Counted from the first letter of the stretch, positions 10,140 through 19,716 are shown. The stretch is 64,000 bases of DNA from an uncultured Pseudomonadota bacterium (GCA_949283075.1 CASDRH010000038.1:44483-108482); one strand, 5' to 3'. The notes: generated from the sequence alone by a model not told the origin. A program made the numbers and translations.

Positions 10140-10775
10140 TTAAATATAATTTAGTTTTTTATATCTTTTTCTTATACATTGAATTGATGTTTCATGGACG
10201 CCTTTTGTTATTTCATAATATACAAAGCGTCCTATTTTTTTATATGAAACAAACTCATCTTCTTTTAATTTTTTTAAAAATTGAGACGCTTTTAATGCTT
10301 CCATATTTAAGCCTTTTGATATTTCTGATACGTTACTTTTCCCTTTTACAAGTAGAAATTCTAAAATTCTCATCTTATCTATATGTGAAAATAGTTTTAT
10401 TCTATTAGCTACCATTGTAGTATAATCTTTTGGTAGTATCTTTTTATAATCTTCTTTTAAAAAATAAAAATCGTTTGTCATATATCCAAATAATTTTCTT
10501 ATACACACAAAAATTGATGCAGGGTATTCTTCGAATATTTCATAGTATATGAATATTCCTTTTCTTGTTGTTTTTACTAAATTTGCATCTCTTAACTTCT
10601 TAAGGTTTTGTGATATTATTATTTGTTCTTCGTTTAATCCTTTTGTGATATCTGATACTGATGATTTACCGTTTACATCTAAAAATTCAAGAATTCTTAA
10701 ACGTAAAGGATGTGATATATAACTGATCCCTTTTTCTGCTTTTTGCATTATTTCTTTTGGTAATAAATCTTCCAT
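10140..10775 (-). CDS. Transcriptional regulator with two tandem winged-helix (ArsR/MarR-like) domains
   Basis: Two internal repeats, ILEFLDVNGKSSVSDITKGLN...LKKLRDANLV and ILEFLLVKGKSNVSEISKGLN...LKKLKEDEFV, each resemble an ArsR-type wHTH. Confidence 0.5.
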   Translation of the reverse strand: MEDLLPKEIMQKAEKGISYISHPLRLRILEFLDVNGKSSVSDITKGLNEEQIIISQNLKKLRDANLVKTTRKGIFIYYEIFEEYPASIFVCIRKLFGYMTNDFYFLKEDYKKILPKDYTTMVANRIKLFSHIDKMRILEFLLVKGKSNVSEISKGLNMEALKASQFLKKLKEDEFVSYKKIGRFVYYEITKGVHETSIQCIRKRYKKLNYI

Positions 10776-10875
10776 ATATTTATCCTTATTTTATATAGGG
10801 ATACATTTATTTTTATAATTTTTCAATAAAAAAATCCGTTGTTAAAAACGGACTTATTTTATTTGTTTTTTTTAT

Positions 10876-11244
10876 TTAATATTTGAATTGAATTGCTAAT
10901 TTATCAAATTTGTTTTGACTTTCTTCATTCCAGCCCAATATATAATGTTGCCCCATACATATTAATGGTGTGCCGACGCTTCTTTTATCTATTTCAAATT
11001 TATCTGCACATTCTATCATTAAATTTATGTTTTCTTGATTTGATATGTTTTTAAATTCAATTTTTAAATTTTTATGGTTTTTTGTTATATATTCTTCTGC
11101 TTCTTTACAATATGGACAACTATCTTTTGTGAAAAAGTATATTGTTTTATCGTCTATTTTGTCTGATTTGTATATTTTGCTCATTTGAGCGTTTGCATTA
11201 CTTATCATTATACCTGATAATATTATGTATATTATTTTTTTCAT
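10876..11244 (-). CDS. Secreted glutaredoxin/thioredoxin-fold protein with a CPYC active site
   Basis: An N-terminal signal peptide is followed by DSCPYCKEAEEY, the classic glutaredoxin CPYC motif. Confidence 0.45.
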   Translation of the reverse strand: MKKIIYIILSGIMISNANAQMSKIYKSDKIDDKTIYFFTKDSCPYCKEAEEYITKNHKNLKIEFKNISNQENINLMIECADKFEIDKRSVGTPLICMGQHYILGWNEESQNKFDKLAIQFKY

Positions 11245-11256
11245 TTTTCTTATCCT

Positions 11257-11838
11257 TTATTCAATACAACAATTTACTGCTTTTTTTACAAAGTTTTTCA
11301 TTCTTGTAAATTTGCTTTCATCTGATTTTTTTGTATTATTTGTTTCGGGTTTTATGTTTTCTATTTGTTTTGATATTTTATTTATGTTTTCATTGCCTGT
11401 TTGAATCCACTTAACATCATCAGTATTAATCATACCCATATTTAAACCCCAGAATATGCAATATAATTCATAAGCTTGATTGAATAATTTATATGCTTCT
11501 TCTTTGTTGTTTAAGCTTTGTTGTTTTGTTCCTACTTCCATTAAACGCATTGATGTTGCTAGTAAGTGTTTTGATATACACCAAACTTCTCCTTCATATG
11601 CTGGTATTACTTTTTGCATTAAGTTTTTTCGCATTTCTCTTATATCTTGTATCATATCATAAAATGATGTTTTTTCTGTCTTTGCACCTGAAAAAACTAA
11701 ATGTTCTTCTATTGATATTAAGTTCATTATAGCTATTGTCAAATCTTGATCTGATGATAAGTCTTTTGGATTTACTTTTTTTGCAGCATCATATTTTTCA
11801 ACAAATTCTTTTACGTTTTTTATTTTCTTTATATTCAT
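11257..11838 (-). CDS. Hypothetical protein
   Basis: ORF with coding-like composition; no motif recognised. Confidence 0.3.
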   Translation of the reverse strand: MNIKKIKNVKEFVEKYDAAKKVNPKDLSSDQDLTIAIMNLISIEEHLVFSGAKTEKTSFYDMIQDIREMRKNLMQKVIPAYEGEVWCISKHLLATSMRLMEVGTKQQSLNNKEEAYKLFNQAYELYCIFWGLNMGMINTDDVKWIQTGNENINKISKQIENIKPETNNTKKSDESKFTRMKNFVKKAVNCCIE

Positions 11839-11864
11839 TGTTTACTCCTTTCTTTTTGGTTTTA

Positions 11865-12377
11865 TTAGAATTTCAAATATGTAAAATATATGCTTGTTAT
11901 AATTAGCATTAATACTGGAATTACTACTTTTTCAAATGGGAAGTGTGCGTGTCCTCCATTTTTTACTTTCATATATTGGTATAGCTTTTGTGATATAACG
12001 TATATTATCCATCCTATTATTGCTGAAAATAAAAATTTATCTATGTATAGGATTTTGAGTATTACTTCTGGAGTGTATTTTAAGTCTTTTATATAAATTG
12101 CTCCTATCATTGAAAATGATAATAGTAATAAAATGTAATCTCTTGCTATGAAATTCCATTTCTTCTTTTCAAATAGCAGTATTGTCCAGTAGCCTAGTAA
12201 TGCTAATATTGCTCCTAGCCATATTGCGATTATATTATCATTTACTCCTAGTTTTCTTGCTATTGATAAGCTTGTTCCTATTGCTACTGTGCATACTATA
12301 CATGCTGGATTTGCTAATGCTGTTTTAGATATACTGCTTAATATTCCAATTGTTATTAATGTTTTTTTCATTTTCAA
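11865..12377 (-). CDS. Hypothetical membrane protein with a signal peptide and 3-4 transmembrane helices
   Basis: Hydrophobic segments throughout; no motif recognised. Confidence 0.35.
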   Translation of the reverse strand: MKMKKTLITIGILSSISKTALANPACIVCTVAIGTSLSIARKLGVNDNIIAIWLGAILALLGYWTILLFEKKKWNFIARDYILLLLSFSMIGAIYIKDLKYTPEVILKILYIDKFLFSAIIGWIIYVISQKLYQYMKVKNGGHAHFPFEKVVIPVLMLIITSIYFTYLKF

Positions 12378-12525
12378 CTCCTTTATATACTAAATATAAT
12401 ATATAGTATATTTAATAGATATTAAAAATGCAATATATTTATTTTGATATTATTTGATTATTCTTATAAATCATATGTTTATAATATTATTTTGCTTATT
12501 GATAAATTTATAAGTGATATTTAAT

Positions 12526-12556
12526 TATAAAAAGACGGGGCTTTACAAGCCCCGCT
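12526..12556 (-). terminator. Rho-independent terminator for the gtrA-like gene
   Basis: A GC-rich perfect 8-bp stem (CGGGGCTT/AAGCCCCG) is followed by a T-run on the minus strand, inside an otherwise AT-rich intergenic region. Confidence 0.6.
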
Positions 12557-12644
12557 AAAATGACACTCAAAAATAAAAACACTGCTTTTATTATGTAACA
12601 TATTTGAATGAATGTCAAGTTTTTTAATAATAAATATCTCTTAT

Positions 12645-13061
12645 TTATTTGAATGATATAGATTTATGTATGAAATAACCTAGAATAGCAACTATTATTG
12701 TTGCAATTGGTTGGGCATACATTGGATTTATTCTTAATATTTCTACTAATAAAGCCATTAATCCAGAAGTTATAATCATTAAAATAATCTGCATCGAAAA
12801 AGTTTTAATGAATTGTTTTTTGAAATCTCCTTCTTTTAAAAAGACATAATATTTTAAAGTGAAAATACTTACTGTTATTGATATGAAACTTGAAAAGTAA
12901 TAAATTACTAGGTAATTGAAAATATTTCCAAAAAGATAAAATAATGTTTGATATAAAAATATTCCAAAAACTGTATTAAATCCTCCAACCAAAAAGTATC
13001 TTACTGGTTCTGGTATCTTTATAAAGTTTTTGTATAAAAACATATATATTTTTTTTATCAT
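12645..13061 (-). CDS. gtrA: GtrA-family small membrane protein (polyprenol-sugar flippase-like)
   Basis: The protein is 138 aa with four transmembrane helices and the motif FLVGGFNTVFGIFLYQ. It is directly downstream of the GT2 gene. Confidence 0.55.
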   Translation of the reverse strand: MIKKIYMFLYKNFIKIPEPVRYFLVGGFNTVFGIFLYQTLFYLFGNIFNYLVIYYFSSFISITVSIFTLKYYVFLKEGDFKKQFIKTFSMQIILMIITSGLMALLVEILRINPMYAQPIATIIVAILGYFIHKSISFK

Positions 13062-13063
13062 AT

Positions 13064-14137
13064 TTATCTTTTCTTTTTATTTTCTTTTGTATTGAAATTA
13101 TCTTCACATTCAACAATGAATAAAGGTCTATCTTTTGTTTCTGTATAAATACGACCTATGTATTCTCCTAAAACTCCGATTGAAATAAGTTGTACTCCTC
13201 CGAAGAATAGTATTGTTACCATTAAAGATGGATATCCACGAACTGATGAGCCATATATTAATGTATTAATTATAATCCATAATCCAAAAATGAAAGCTAT
13301 AAATGAAATTAGTGAACCTATAACAAACCAAAAACGTAATGGCATATTTGTGAATGAAAATATTGCATTACTTGCCAATTCAAATAGTTTACGCCAGCTT
13401 TGTGATGGGTTTCCTGCAATTCTGTCTGGCCTGTCAAAGTAAACTAGCTGATATTCAAATCCAATCCAAGCCCAAAGTCCACGAATGTATCTTTGCTTTT
13501 CACATAATTTATTGAATTCATCAATTAGTTGTCTGTCTACTAATCTGAAATCTCCTGTGTTAGATGGTATATCAATGTTTGAAAAAATACGTATACATTT
13601 ATAAAATAAATTACAACCGATACGCTTTAATAATCCTTCACTTCTTGAGAATCTTTTTGCTAAAACTGCTTTATGACCATATTGCCATTCTTTAATCATA
13701 ACAGGTAATAATTCAATAGGATCTTGTAAATCTGCGTCCATAGGAATAGCACATTTTTTTGAAGCGTATTTGAATCCTGCTGCTAATGCAATTTCTTTAC
13801 CAAAGTTTCTTGAAAATTTAACTATTTTTATACGATTATCTTTTTTTGCATATTCTAATAATCTTAAATAAGTATTATCTTTACTTCCATCGTCTACACA
13901 TATGATTTCAAAATCTTTTGTTATTTTTTCCATTGCTGGTATTAGGTTATAAAAGAATATATCTATAACATTGCTTTTTGCTTCGTTGTAAAAAGGAGCA
14001 ATGATAGAAACAGAAATATCTTTATCTGCGATAATTTTTTTATTAAATCCAATGCTTCGTTTTTTGTCAACTTGGATGCGACCATTGTATTTTACAACCA
14101 ATGAATCTTCTTTAATTTTATTTTTATTTTTTACCAT
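13064..14137 (-). CDS. Family-2 glycosyltransferase, polyprenol-phosphate sugar transferase (GtrB/ArnC-like)
   Basis: GT2 motifs are present: VSIIAPFYNE, ICVDDGSKDNT and DADLQDP. There are C-terminal transmembrane helices. Confidence 0.75.
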   Translation of the reverse strand: MVKNKNKIKEDSLVVKYNGRIQVDKKRSIGFNKKIIADKDISVSIIAPFYNEAKSNVIDIFFYNLIPAMEKITKDFEIICVDDGSKDNTYLRLLEYAKKDNRIKIVKFSRNFGKEIALAAGFKYASKKCAIPMDADLQDPIELLPVMIKEWQYGHKAVLAKRFSRSEGLLKRIGCNLFYKCIRIFSNIDIPSNTGDFRLVDRQLIDEFNKLCEKQRYIRGLWAWIGFEYQLVYFDRPDRIAGNPSQSWRKLFELASNAIFSFTNMPLRFWFVIGSLISFIAFIFGLWIIINTLIYGSSVRGYPSLMVTILFFGGVQLISIGVLGEYIGRIYTETKDRPLFIVECEDNFNTKENKKKR

Positions 14138-15642
14138 TTTTCTCCTCTTAATATACCTATAAATAATTTTGTTGATTTTGATTTGTTGAATATATTATCT
14201 GATTTTATTTCAATAATATCAATTAGTTTTAAATTCGGAAAGTTGTTAGTATAACTATCAAATTCATCTTTTGTGTTTGCAAATACTATTATACCTTTGT
14301 TTTTGATGTCAGATAAGACTTCATCATTAACCCAAGAATTTTTATCTAAATTCATTTCAATGAATGTTTTTATTTTTTGATTTGTTTTTCTTTCTAAATT
14401 AACGGCGACTATTGATGCAATCCACATATCTCCGCCTGTGTATAGAAGTTGTTTGTTTCCTGTATGAGTTTCCCATATATCTATTGATTTATTTATTAGT
14501 AAATCTTGATTTATATTAAATTTTAAAGATGGAGTAGTTATTACTATTAAAACGAATATAACCGCATATATGATAGATATTATATAAGTATATTGGATAA
14601 ATTTTTTGAAAATTATTTCTGTATCATTATTAGTTTTAATTTTAAAGTTATAGAATAACCATATCCCAGTCATAAACAACATAGGAGTTCCCCACATTGA
14701 TTTTAAAGAAACTGCTCCTATAAATGAGCCTAGCATAGTTATTATTAAAGGTAAAAAAGTGATACAATTTATAAAAAATGTTTTATCGTTAGATGGTGAA
14801 AAAAATTTATTAAGTGTGATTTTGTTAAATTTGTTTTTATGAATTATGAATATTATTAAAAGTGGAATAATTAAAATAAATTGAGCAAAGAAAAATTTTA
14901 AAGGATAAATTAAATGATTTAATATAAAGTATTCTTGAGGTGAACCTCTTTTTAACATATATGTTAATGTGATAAAGTCATTATTAATTAGCCATTTTAT
15001 ATGTGGTATTAATGTTATTATAAATATTGTTAAAGCTATATACGGGCCTTTGTATTTTAAAGTTTTTCTTGCTTCTTTTGAAAAACAAAAATAAATGAAC
15101 ATAGCAGTAAATAATACGAAAACAAAGTATTTATCTAGAACTGATAAGGCTGCAAATAATCCTGTAAGTATCCAATCTGATGTTTTGTTTTTATGAATAG
15201 CTTGATAAAAATGATATACTAATGCTGGCCATAATAGTAAGAAAACTATGTTAACATTATATTCAACTGATGTTATGTTGTAATATATAATAGTGTCTAA
15301 AATTATTACTGATAGTATTGATAATTTATCTGATAAAAATAATTTACCAATTTTATATATATAAATAAATCCGGATATGATAAAGATTTGGCTTAATATA
15401 TAAACAGATTCTGGCAATCTGCAAAGTAATAAATAAAAGTAATATGCAAACCAACCTGATAGTGGAGGGTGTTTGTCTGTTCCAAATACTATGTTTTTAC
15501 CCCAAGTTATAGCTTCTATGCTATCCATAGGAATGACTCCTCTTAAAAAAGGTAGTAATGACCATACTATAAAGTGAAATAATAAAAATGTAATAAATAG
15601 TTTTAAATCGTTATTCTTTTTTAAAGATTTTAAAAAAATCAT
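14131..15642 (-). CDS. GT-C fold membrane glycosyltransferase (ArnT/PMT/GtrC-like)
   Basis: The protein is 503 aa and polytopic. It has the N-terminal loop motif DSIEAITWGKNIVFGTDKHPPLSGW, typical of GT83/GT39 members. It forms an operon with the GtrB-like and GtrA-like genes. Confidence 0.55.
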   Translation of the reverse strand: MIFLKSLKKNNDLKLFITFLLFHFIVWSLLPFLRGVIPMDSIEAITWGKNIVFGTDKHPPLSGWFAYYFYLLLCRLPESVYILSQIFIISGFIYIYKIGKLFLSDKLSILSVIILDTIIYYNITSVEYNVNIVFLLLWPALVYHFYQAIHKNKTSDWILTGLFAALSVLDKYFVFVLFTAMFIYFCFSKEARKTLKYKGPYIALTIFIITLIPHIKWLINNDFITLTYMLKRGSPQEYFILNHLIYPLKFFFAQFILIIPLLIIFIIHKNKFNKITLNKFFSPSNDKTFFINCITFLPLIITMLGSFIGAVSLKSMWGTPMLFMTGIWLFYNFKIKTNNDTEIIFKKFIQYTYIISIIYAVIFVLIVITTPSLKFNINQDLLINKSIDIWETHTGNKQLLYTGGDMWIASIVAVNLERKTNQKIKTFIEMNLDKNSWVNDEVLSDIKNKGIIVFANTKDEFDSYTNNFPNLKLIDIIEIKSDNIFNKSKSTKLFIGILRGEKW

Positions 15643-15761
15643 AATAAACCTCTGTTTAAATTTAAGTAAATTATATATTTAGATAAAAAATAATCAAATT
15701 AAAATTATTTATTTGATTTATATAGTTTGCAATAAATATTTATTTATTATAAAATTTTTTT

Positions 15762-16310
15762 ATGTGTCTTAATAAATCTTGTCTTAAATGTGGATTATAT
15801 AATTATCAAAAACCTATATATGATGATGAAAAGTTGTCTGATATTATGTGGGTTGGATTGTCTGCTAAATTAATTAATAATGATTTTAAAGCTCCTTTGG
15901 ATTTGAATACTGCTTCTGGAAAAATTATTTCTGATATTGAAATGATGACTTCTGATTTTGTTCATTGTAAAACTAATTTAGTTAAATGTGCTCCTTTAAA
16001 TGATGCTGGTAAATTAAGATATCCTTTTAAATCAGAAATGGATTTTTGCTTTGATAACTTGATTTTAGAAGTTAATAATATAAAGCCTAAAATTATATTT
16101 TTGTTAGGTAAAATTGTATCTGATTTTATTTTATCGAAAAATGGATTTGATAAAATTGCTTTATCTGATAATTTTAAATATAAATCTGTGCAGATAAGTG
16201 ATATTTTATATTATCCTGTTCATCATCCTTCTTATATTTCTGTTTATAAAAAGAAATTTTGTAAGCAATATATTGATAGTATTGTTGATATTATTAAGTC
16301 TAATATTTAA
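15762..16310 (+). CDS. UDG-superfamily protein, family 4/5-like uracil-DNA glycosylase with a 4Fe-4S-type Cys pattern
   Basis: An N-terminal CLKCGL (CxxCxL) plus later Cys residues, IIFLLGK, and a C-terminal VHHPSY (the HPS motif) are present. The motif A position is degenerate (VGLSAK), which is family-5-like. Confidence 0.45.
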   Translation: MCLNKSCLKCGLYNYQKPIYDDEKLSDIMWVGLSAKLINNDFKAPLDLNTASGKIISDIEMMTSDFVHCKTNLVKCAPLNDAGKLRYPFKSEMDFCFDNLILEVNNIKPKIIFLLGKIVSDFILSKNGFDKIALSDNFKYKSVQISDILYYPVHHPSYISVYKKKFCKQYIDSIVDIIKSNI

Positions 16311-16348
16311 TCCTTTATAAATTTTGTTTAATATGTTTATAATTGCTT

Positions 16349-17854
16349 ATGATTATTGATTATAAAGTTTTTACAGATAGAAAAGCTAAATCAAGAGTAT
16401 TGTCTTATATTGCTTTATTGGACAGGGTTTTGTTATGGGAATTTTTTGAATCTGTAAAAAAATATAATGTTAAAGATTTTAAGTTGTCTAGTTTATGTAA
16501 TAAAGAGCAACAATTTAATAAGCTATTAAATGATTTTAATAAAAATCAGAATGTTAGAGATTTTAATTCATATCCTTTTGATTTATTTGGGACTGAGGCT
16601 TTTTTGCATTTCTTATCGAAGCAGATTCAAAATATAAAAAATGATTTTGTTCATTCTTTAAGGTGTAGGCTTTTTATAGATATTCCAGAAAAAGGCTTTC
16701 CAGATTTAAGGAATAAAATTGCTAATATTATGTTGTTAAGACATTATTTTATTCATAACGGCAATCCTCAAAATGGTAATATCGTTATTGATGATAAAGT
16801 TGTTTTAGAAAAGCTTGATATTGTAAAAGCGTTTATTATTTTGTTTGTATTTCTTCCTTATGATTATGCAAATGATATTTTTAATTGTATTAAAGCTTAT
16901 TGTGATAATCCTGATGAATTAAAAACAATATTAGATAAAATTGATAAAAATAAGAAATATGTTAAGGACGATGTTTTAAAAAGTAATCCTGATAATAATT
17001 TTCCAACTTATAAGGATTTATTGGAATCTGATGCTTCGTTAAATAAATTTTTTGAAAGCTATCCTTATATTAGCAGTAAGCGTTTATCTGTTAAGATTAT
17101 GGATAAAAATTTTATCGGAGATTATAATATTGGGCGTATTGAAGCTGTTTTTATGGATTTATATAAATGTAAAGCAGCGGAATTTGTTAAAAAGAAACGT
17201 AAAGATAAATTTTATATGGAACAAATAAAATCTGTTTTTTTCTTGTTCATTAAGATTATTGAAGTTATCCAAAGATATTTTATATTTGAATTTGAAAATG
17301 ATAAAGATAATACAAATAAAAATTATATCAATATAAGGAATGCTGTTTCTCATTCAGATATATTTTTTTATGGAGAAAATAAACAAAAATATCTTGATGA
17401 ATTTGATAAAAATATTAGGGATATTTTATCTTTTTTTGATGAAAAGAAGGATAGAAAATCTTTGAAAATAGAATTTTTAAAAAGTATGGATTCTTTGTTT
17501 GCAAAACGTAATAATTTTAAATTGAAAGTTGTATATGATAAAACGAAGGATAATCATAAAAATCAAATTGAATTATATGATGTTGATGTCAATTTTAATG
17601 AGTTTTTAAAACAAAATGATTTTTCTGATTTTAATAAGTATTCAAGAAAAAGTGTTAATAATAAAATAAAAGAAATTATAAATTCTATATTATCAAATGA
17701 TAATAAAAATAATAGGGTTCAAAGGAAAAATATAAGCTTGGTTAAGTATTCATATTTGTTGGATTTGAAAAAGGAATTGAGAAGAATTTTGAAAAAAGCA
17801 AAAGAGGATAATTATCAGCAATATAATTCTTGTTTTCAGAAAAAAATTGGATAA
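16349..17854 (+). CDS. Compact double-HEPN protein (two R-x4-H motifs) adjacent to a CRISPR-like array; candidate miniature Cas13-like (type VI-like) effector
   Basis: The first HEPN motif is LLRHYFIHNG (R133-x4-H138 in ORF numbering). The second is NIRNAVSHSD (R332-N-x3-H337, the RNxxxH form typical of Cas13 HEPN motifs). The C-terminal tail is Lys-rich. The array starts 88 bp downstream on the same strand. The ORF track start at 16343 is TTG; the first ATG is at 16349. Confidence 0.5.
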   Translation: MIIDYKVFTDRKAKSRVLSYIALLDRVLLWEFFESVKKYNVKDFKLSSLCNKEQQFNKLLNDFNKNQNVRDFNSYPFDLFGTEAFLHFLSKQIQNIKNDFVHSLRCRLFIDIPEKGFPDLRNKIANIMLLRHYFIHNGNPQNGNIVIDDKVVLEKLDIVKAFIILFVFLPYDYANDIFNCIKAYCDNPDELKTILDKIDKNKKYVKDDVLKSNPDNNFPTYKDLLESDASLNKFFESYPYISSKRLSVKIMDKNFIGDYNIGRIEAVFMDLYKCKAAEFVKKKRKDKFYMEQIKSVFFLFIKIIEVIQRYFIFEFENDKDNTNKNYINIRNAVSHSDIFFYGENKQKYLDEFDKNIRDILSFFDEKKDRKSLKIEFLKSMDSLFAKRNNFKLKVVYDKTKDNHKNQIELYDVDVNFNEFLKQNDFSDFNKYSRKSVNNKIKEIINSILSNDNKNNRVQRKNISLVKYSYLLDLKKELRRILKKAKEDNYQQYNSCFQKKIG

Positions 17855-17942
17855 AATCGATTCTAATTCAGGTTATTTTTTTGAAAATAATCTAAAGACT
17901 TTAGAGAATTATATTGCAAAAACACGCATTTACATAATGTGT

Positions 17943-18110
17943 GGGGAGCTTAGGCTCCCTTTTACGTGATATGATTCCTTCTTTATATTATTCTCATACA
18001 AATTTTTAGGGGAGCTTAGGCTCCCTTTTACGTGATATGATTCCGCATGAATATTCTAATGTTTCGAATTGTTCGGGGAGCTTAGGCTCCCTTTTATGTG
18101 ATATGATTCC
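17943..18110 (+). CRISPR. Mini CRISPR array of three 36-nt direct repeats and two 30-nt spacers
   Basis: The repeat is GGGGAGCTTAGGCTCCCTTTTACGTGATATGATTCC at 17943-17978, 18009-18044 and 18075-18110. The last copy has one C-to-T change. Spacers lie at 17979-18008 and 18045-18074, are unique, and are both exactly 30 nt. The repeat contains the palindrome GGGAGC-TTAG-GCTCCC. The period is 66 nt. Confidence 0.7.
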
Positions 18111-18157
18111 TGTTATTTATTCTTGCTTGATTATTTTGTTTTTTATATTTTGTATAT

Positions 18158-18643
18158 ATGTTGATTGGTTTTAATCCTGTTATTGATTTTAATTCTAAAA
18201 GAATTGTTATTGGTTCTATGCCTAGTATTGCTTCTTTAAATGCTCGGCAATATTATGATTTTCCTTATAATGCTTTTTGGAAAATTATTTCGGTATTGTT
18301 TAATTCTTCTAATCCATTTGATAATTATTCTGATAAAATTAATTGCTTGTTAAATAATCGTATCGCTTTATGGGATTCTTTAATGAAATGCAATAGAGTG
18401 GGGAGCTTGGATTCAAATATTACTAATGAAATTCCTAATGATTTTAATGCTTTGTTTGATGAATATAAAAATATTGATTTTTTGATTTTTAATGGGCAAC
18501 AAGCTTTTAAGTTTTTTAAAAAATACAATCCCGTTTTGTTAAAAAGATTCCCTTTCGCAATAATGCCTTCAACTAGTCCGGCTAATGCTTCTGTTGATTT
18601 TTTTGCAAAACTTGATGCTTGGAAAAAAGTGTTGCTGTTTTAA
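18158..18643 (+). CDS. UDG-superfamily DNA glycosylase (Mug/TDG-like or hypoxanthine-DNA-glycosylase-like)
   Basis: GSMPSIASLNARQYYDFPYNAFWKII aligns with Mug GINPG...NRFWKVI. The C-terminal MPSTSPANA matches the family's PS-S-N motif. Confidence 0.6.
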   Translation: MLIGFNPVIDFNSKRIVIGSMPSIASLNARQYYDFPYNAFWKIISVLFNSSNPFDNYSDKINCLLNNRIALWDSLMKCNRVGSLDSNITNEIPNDFNALFDEYKNIDFLIFNGQQAFKFFKKYNPVLLKRFPFAIMPSTSPANASVDFFAKLDAWKKVLLF

Positions 18644-18682
18644 TTATTATGTTATTATTATTTTATTTATTGTGAGGTTATT

Positions 18683-19084
18683 ATGAATGATGTTTTAAAT
18701 TTTTTATCGGAAAATACTATTCAATATTTTGCAACTATCGGTTTAGATGGTAAACCAAAAGTTCGCCCATTCCAGTTTATGATGGAAGTTGATGGAAAGT
18801 TATATTTTGCTACGGCTAATAATAAAAATGTTTTTAAAGAGTTATTGAATAATTCTTCTGTTGCTATGTGTAGTTTGAGTAAGGATTTTAGAGTCTTGAG
18901 AATTTCTGCAGATGTTGAATTTGTTGATGATGTTGATTTTAAAAAAGATTGTGTGGAAAAGCACCCTTTTGTTAAGAAAACTTATCAAAGCGGAGATAAT
19001 CCTTTATTCGAAATGTTCTTTTTGAAAAATGTTGAGGCTTTTATTTCTGATTTAAAAGGGAATATTAAAAAATATCAGTTTTAA
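18683..19084 (+). CDS. Pyridoxamine 5'-phosphate oxidase-like FMN-binding split-barrel protein
   Basis: The protein is 133 aa with GKPKVRPFQFMMEVDGKLYFATANNKNVFKEL, resembling the PNPOx/general-stress-protein-26 fold. Confidence 0.45.
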   Translation: MNDVLNFLSENTIQYFATIGLDGKPKVRPFQFMMEVDGKLYFATANNKNVFKELLNNSSVAMCSLSKDFRVLRISADVEFVDDVDFKKDCVEKHPFVKKTYQSGDNPLFEMFFLKNVEAFISDLKGNIKKYQF

Positions 19085-19086
19085 AA

Positions 19087-19716
19087 TTATTGTTGCTCTT
19101 TTGCTATTTCCCATAGGTAAAATGATGCTATTGTGCAATAGGGTGAATATAACTCTTTGAATTCTTGAAATTTTGCTTTTGTTATTTCTGTTTTATGAAG
19201 TTTTTCTAATCCTTTTTTTAATGCGAAGTCTTTTAAGCTGAATATGTTTTTTCTTTGTAGTGTGAATATTAATAACATCTCTGCTGTCCAGTTGCCGATT
19301 CCTTTAAATGCTGTTAGCTGTTTGATTATTTCTTCGTCTGGTAGATTCCTTATTGCTTCGGGATTGAATTCTTTGTTTTGTATTAGTCTTGCTATTTGTT
19401 TTATGTATTCGATTTTTCTTGTTGGAATTCCTAGCTTGTTTATTATAGTTATGTCTGTATTTATTATTTCTGATGGTGTTATTTGTAGAAATTGATTTTT
19501 GAATTTATGCCATATTTTATCAAGAGAACTTGTTGATATTTGTTGTCCAATTATGTTGTATATGATTGATGAAAATATATTTGGGTTTATTTCTCTTTTT
19601 ATTATTCCGTATTTTTTTATGTATGGTTTTAGTTTTTTATCCTTTTTTATAAGATAATTTGTTTCTTTTTCGCTATATTCAAAATATTGCTTATTTATCA
19701 TATCTTTGTTTTTCAA
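19087..19716 (-). CDS. HhH-GPD family DNA glycosylase (AlkA-like 3-methyladenine DNA glycosylase)
   Basis: The helix-hairpin-helix motif FKGIGNWTAEMLLIF is present. The length is 209 aa. The gene overlaps the ogt stop, forming an operon. Confidence 0.6.
   Translation of the reverse strand: MKNKDMINKQYFEYSEKETNYLIKKDKKLKPYIKKYGIIKREINPNIFSSIIYNIIGQQISTSSLDKIWHKFKNQFLQITPSEIINTDITIINKLGIPTRKIEYIKQIARLIQNKEFNPEAIRNLPDEEIIKQLTAFKGIGNWTAEMLLIFTLQRKNIFSLKDFALKKGLEKLHKTEITKAKFQEFKELYSPYCTIASFYLWEIAKEQQ

Noticed and set aside
17943-18110. Possibility that the 3-repeat array is a REP/MITE-like dispersed repeat rather than CRISPR
   Set aside because: Not fully rejected. The spacers are of identical length (30/30) and unique, the period is regular at 66 nt, the terminal repeat is degenerate, and a double-HEPN gene is adjacent. 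All of that favours CRISPR. Checking for other genomic copies would settle it.
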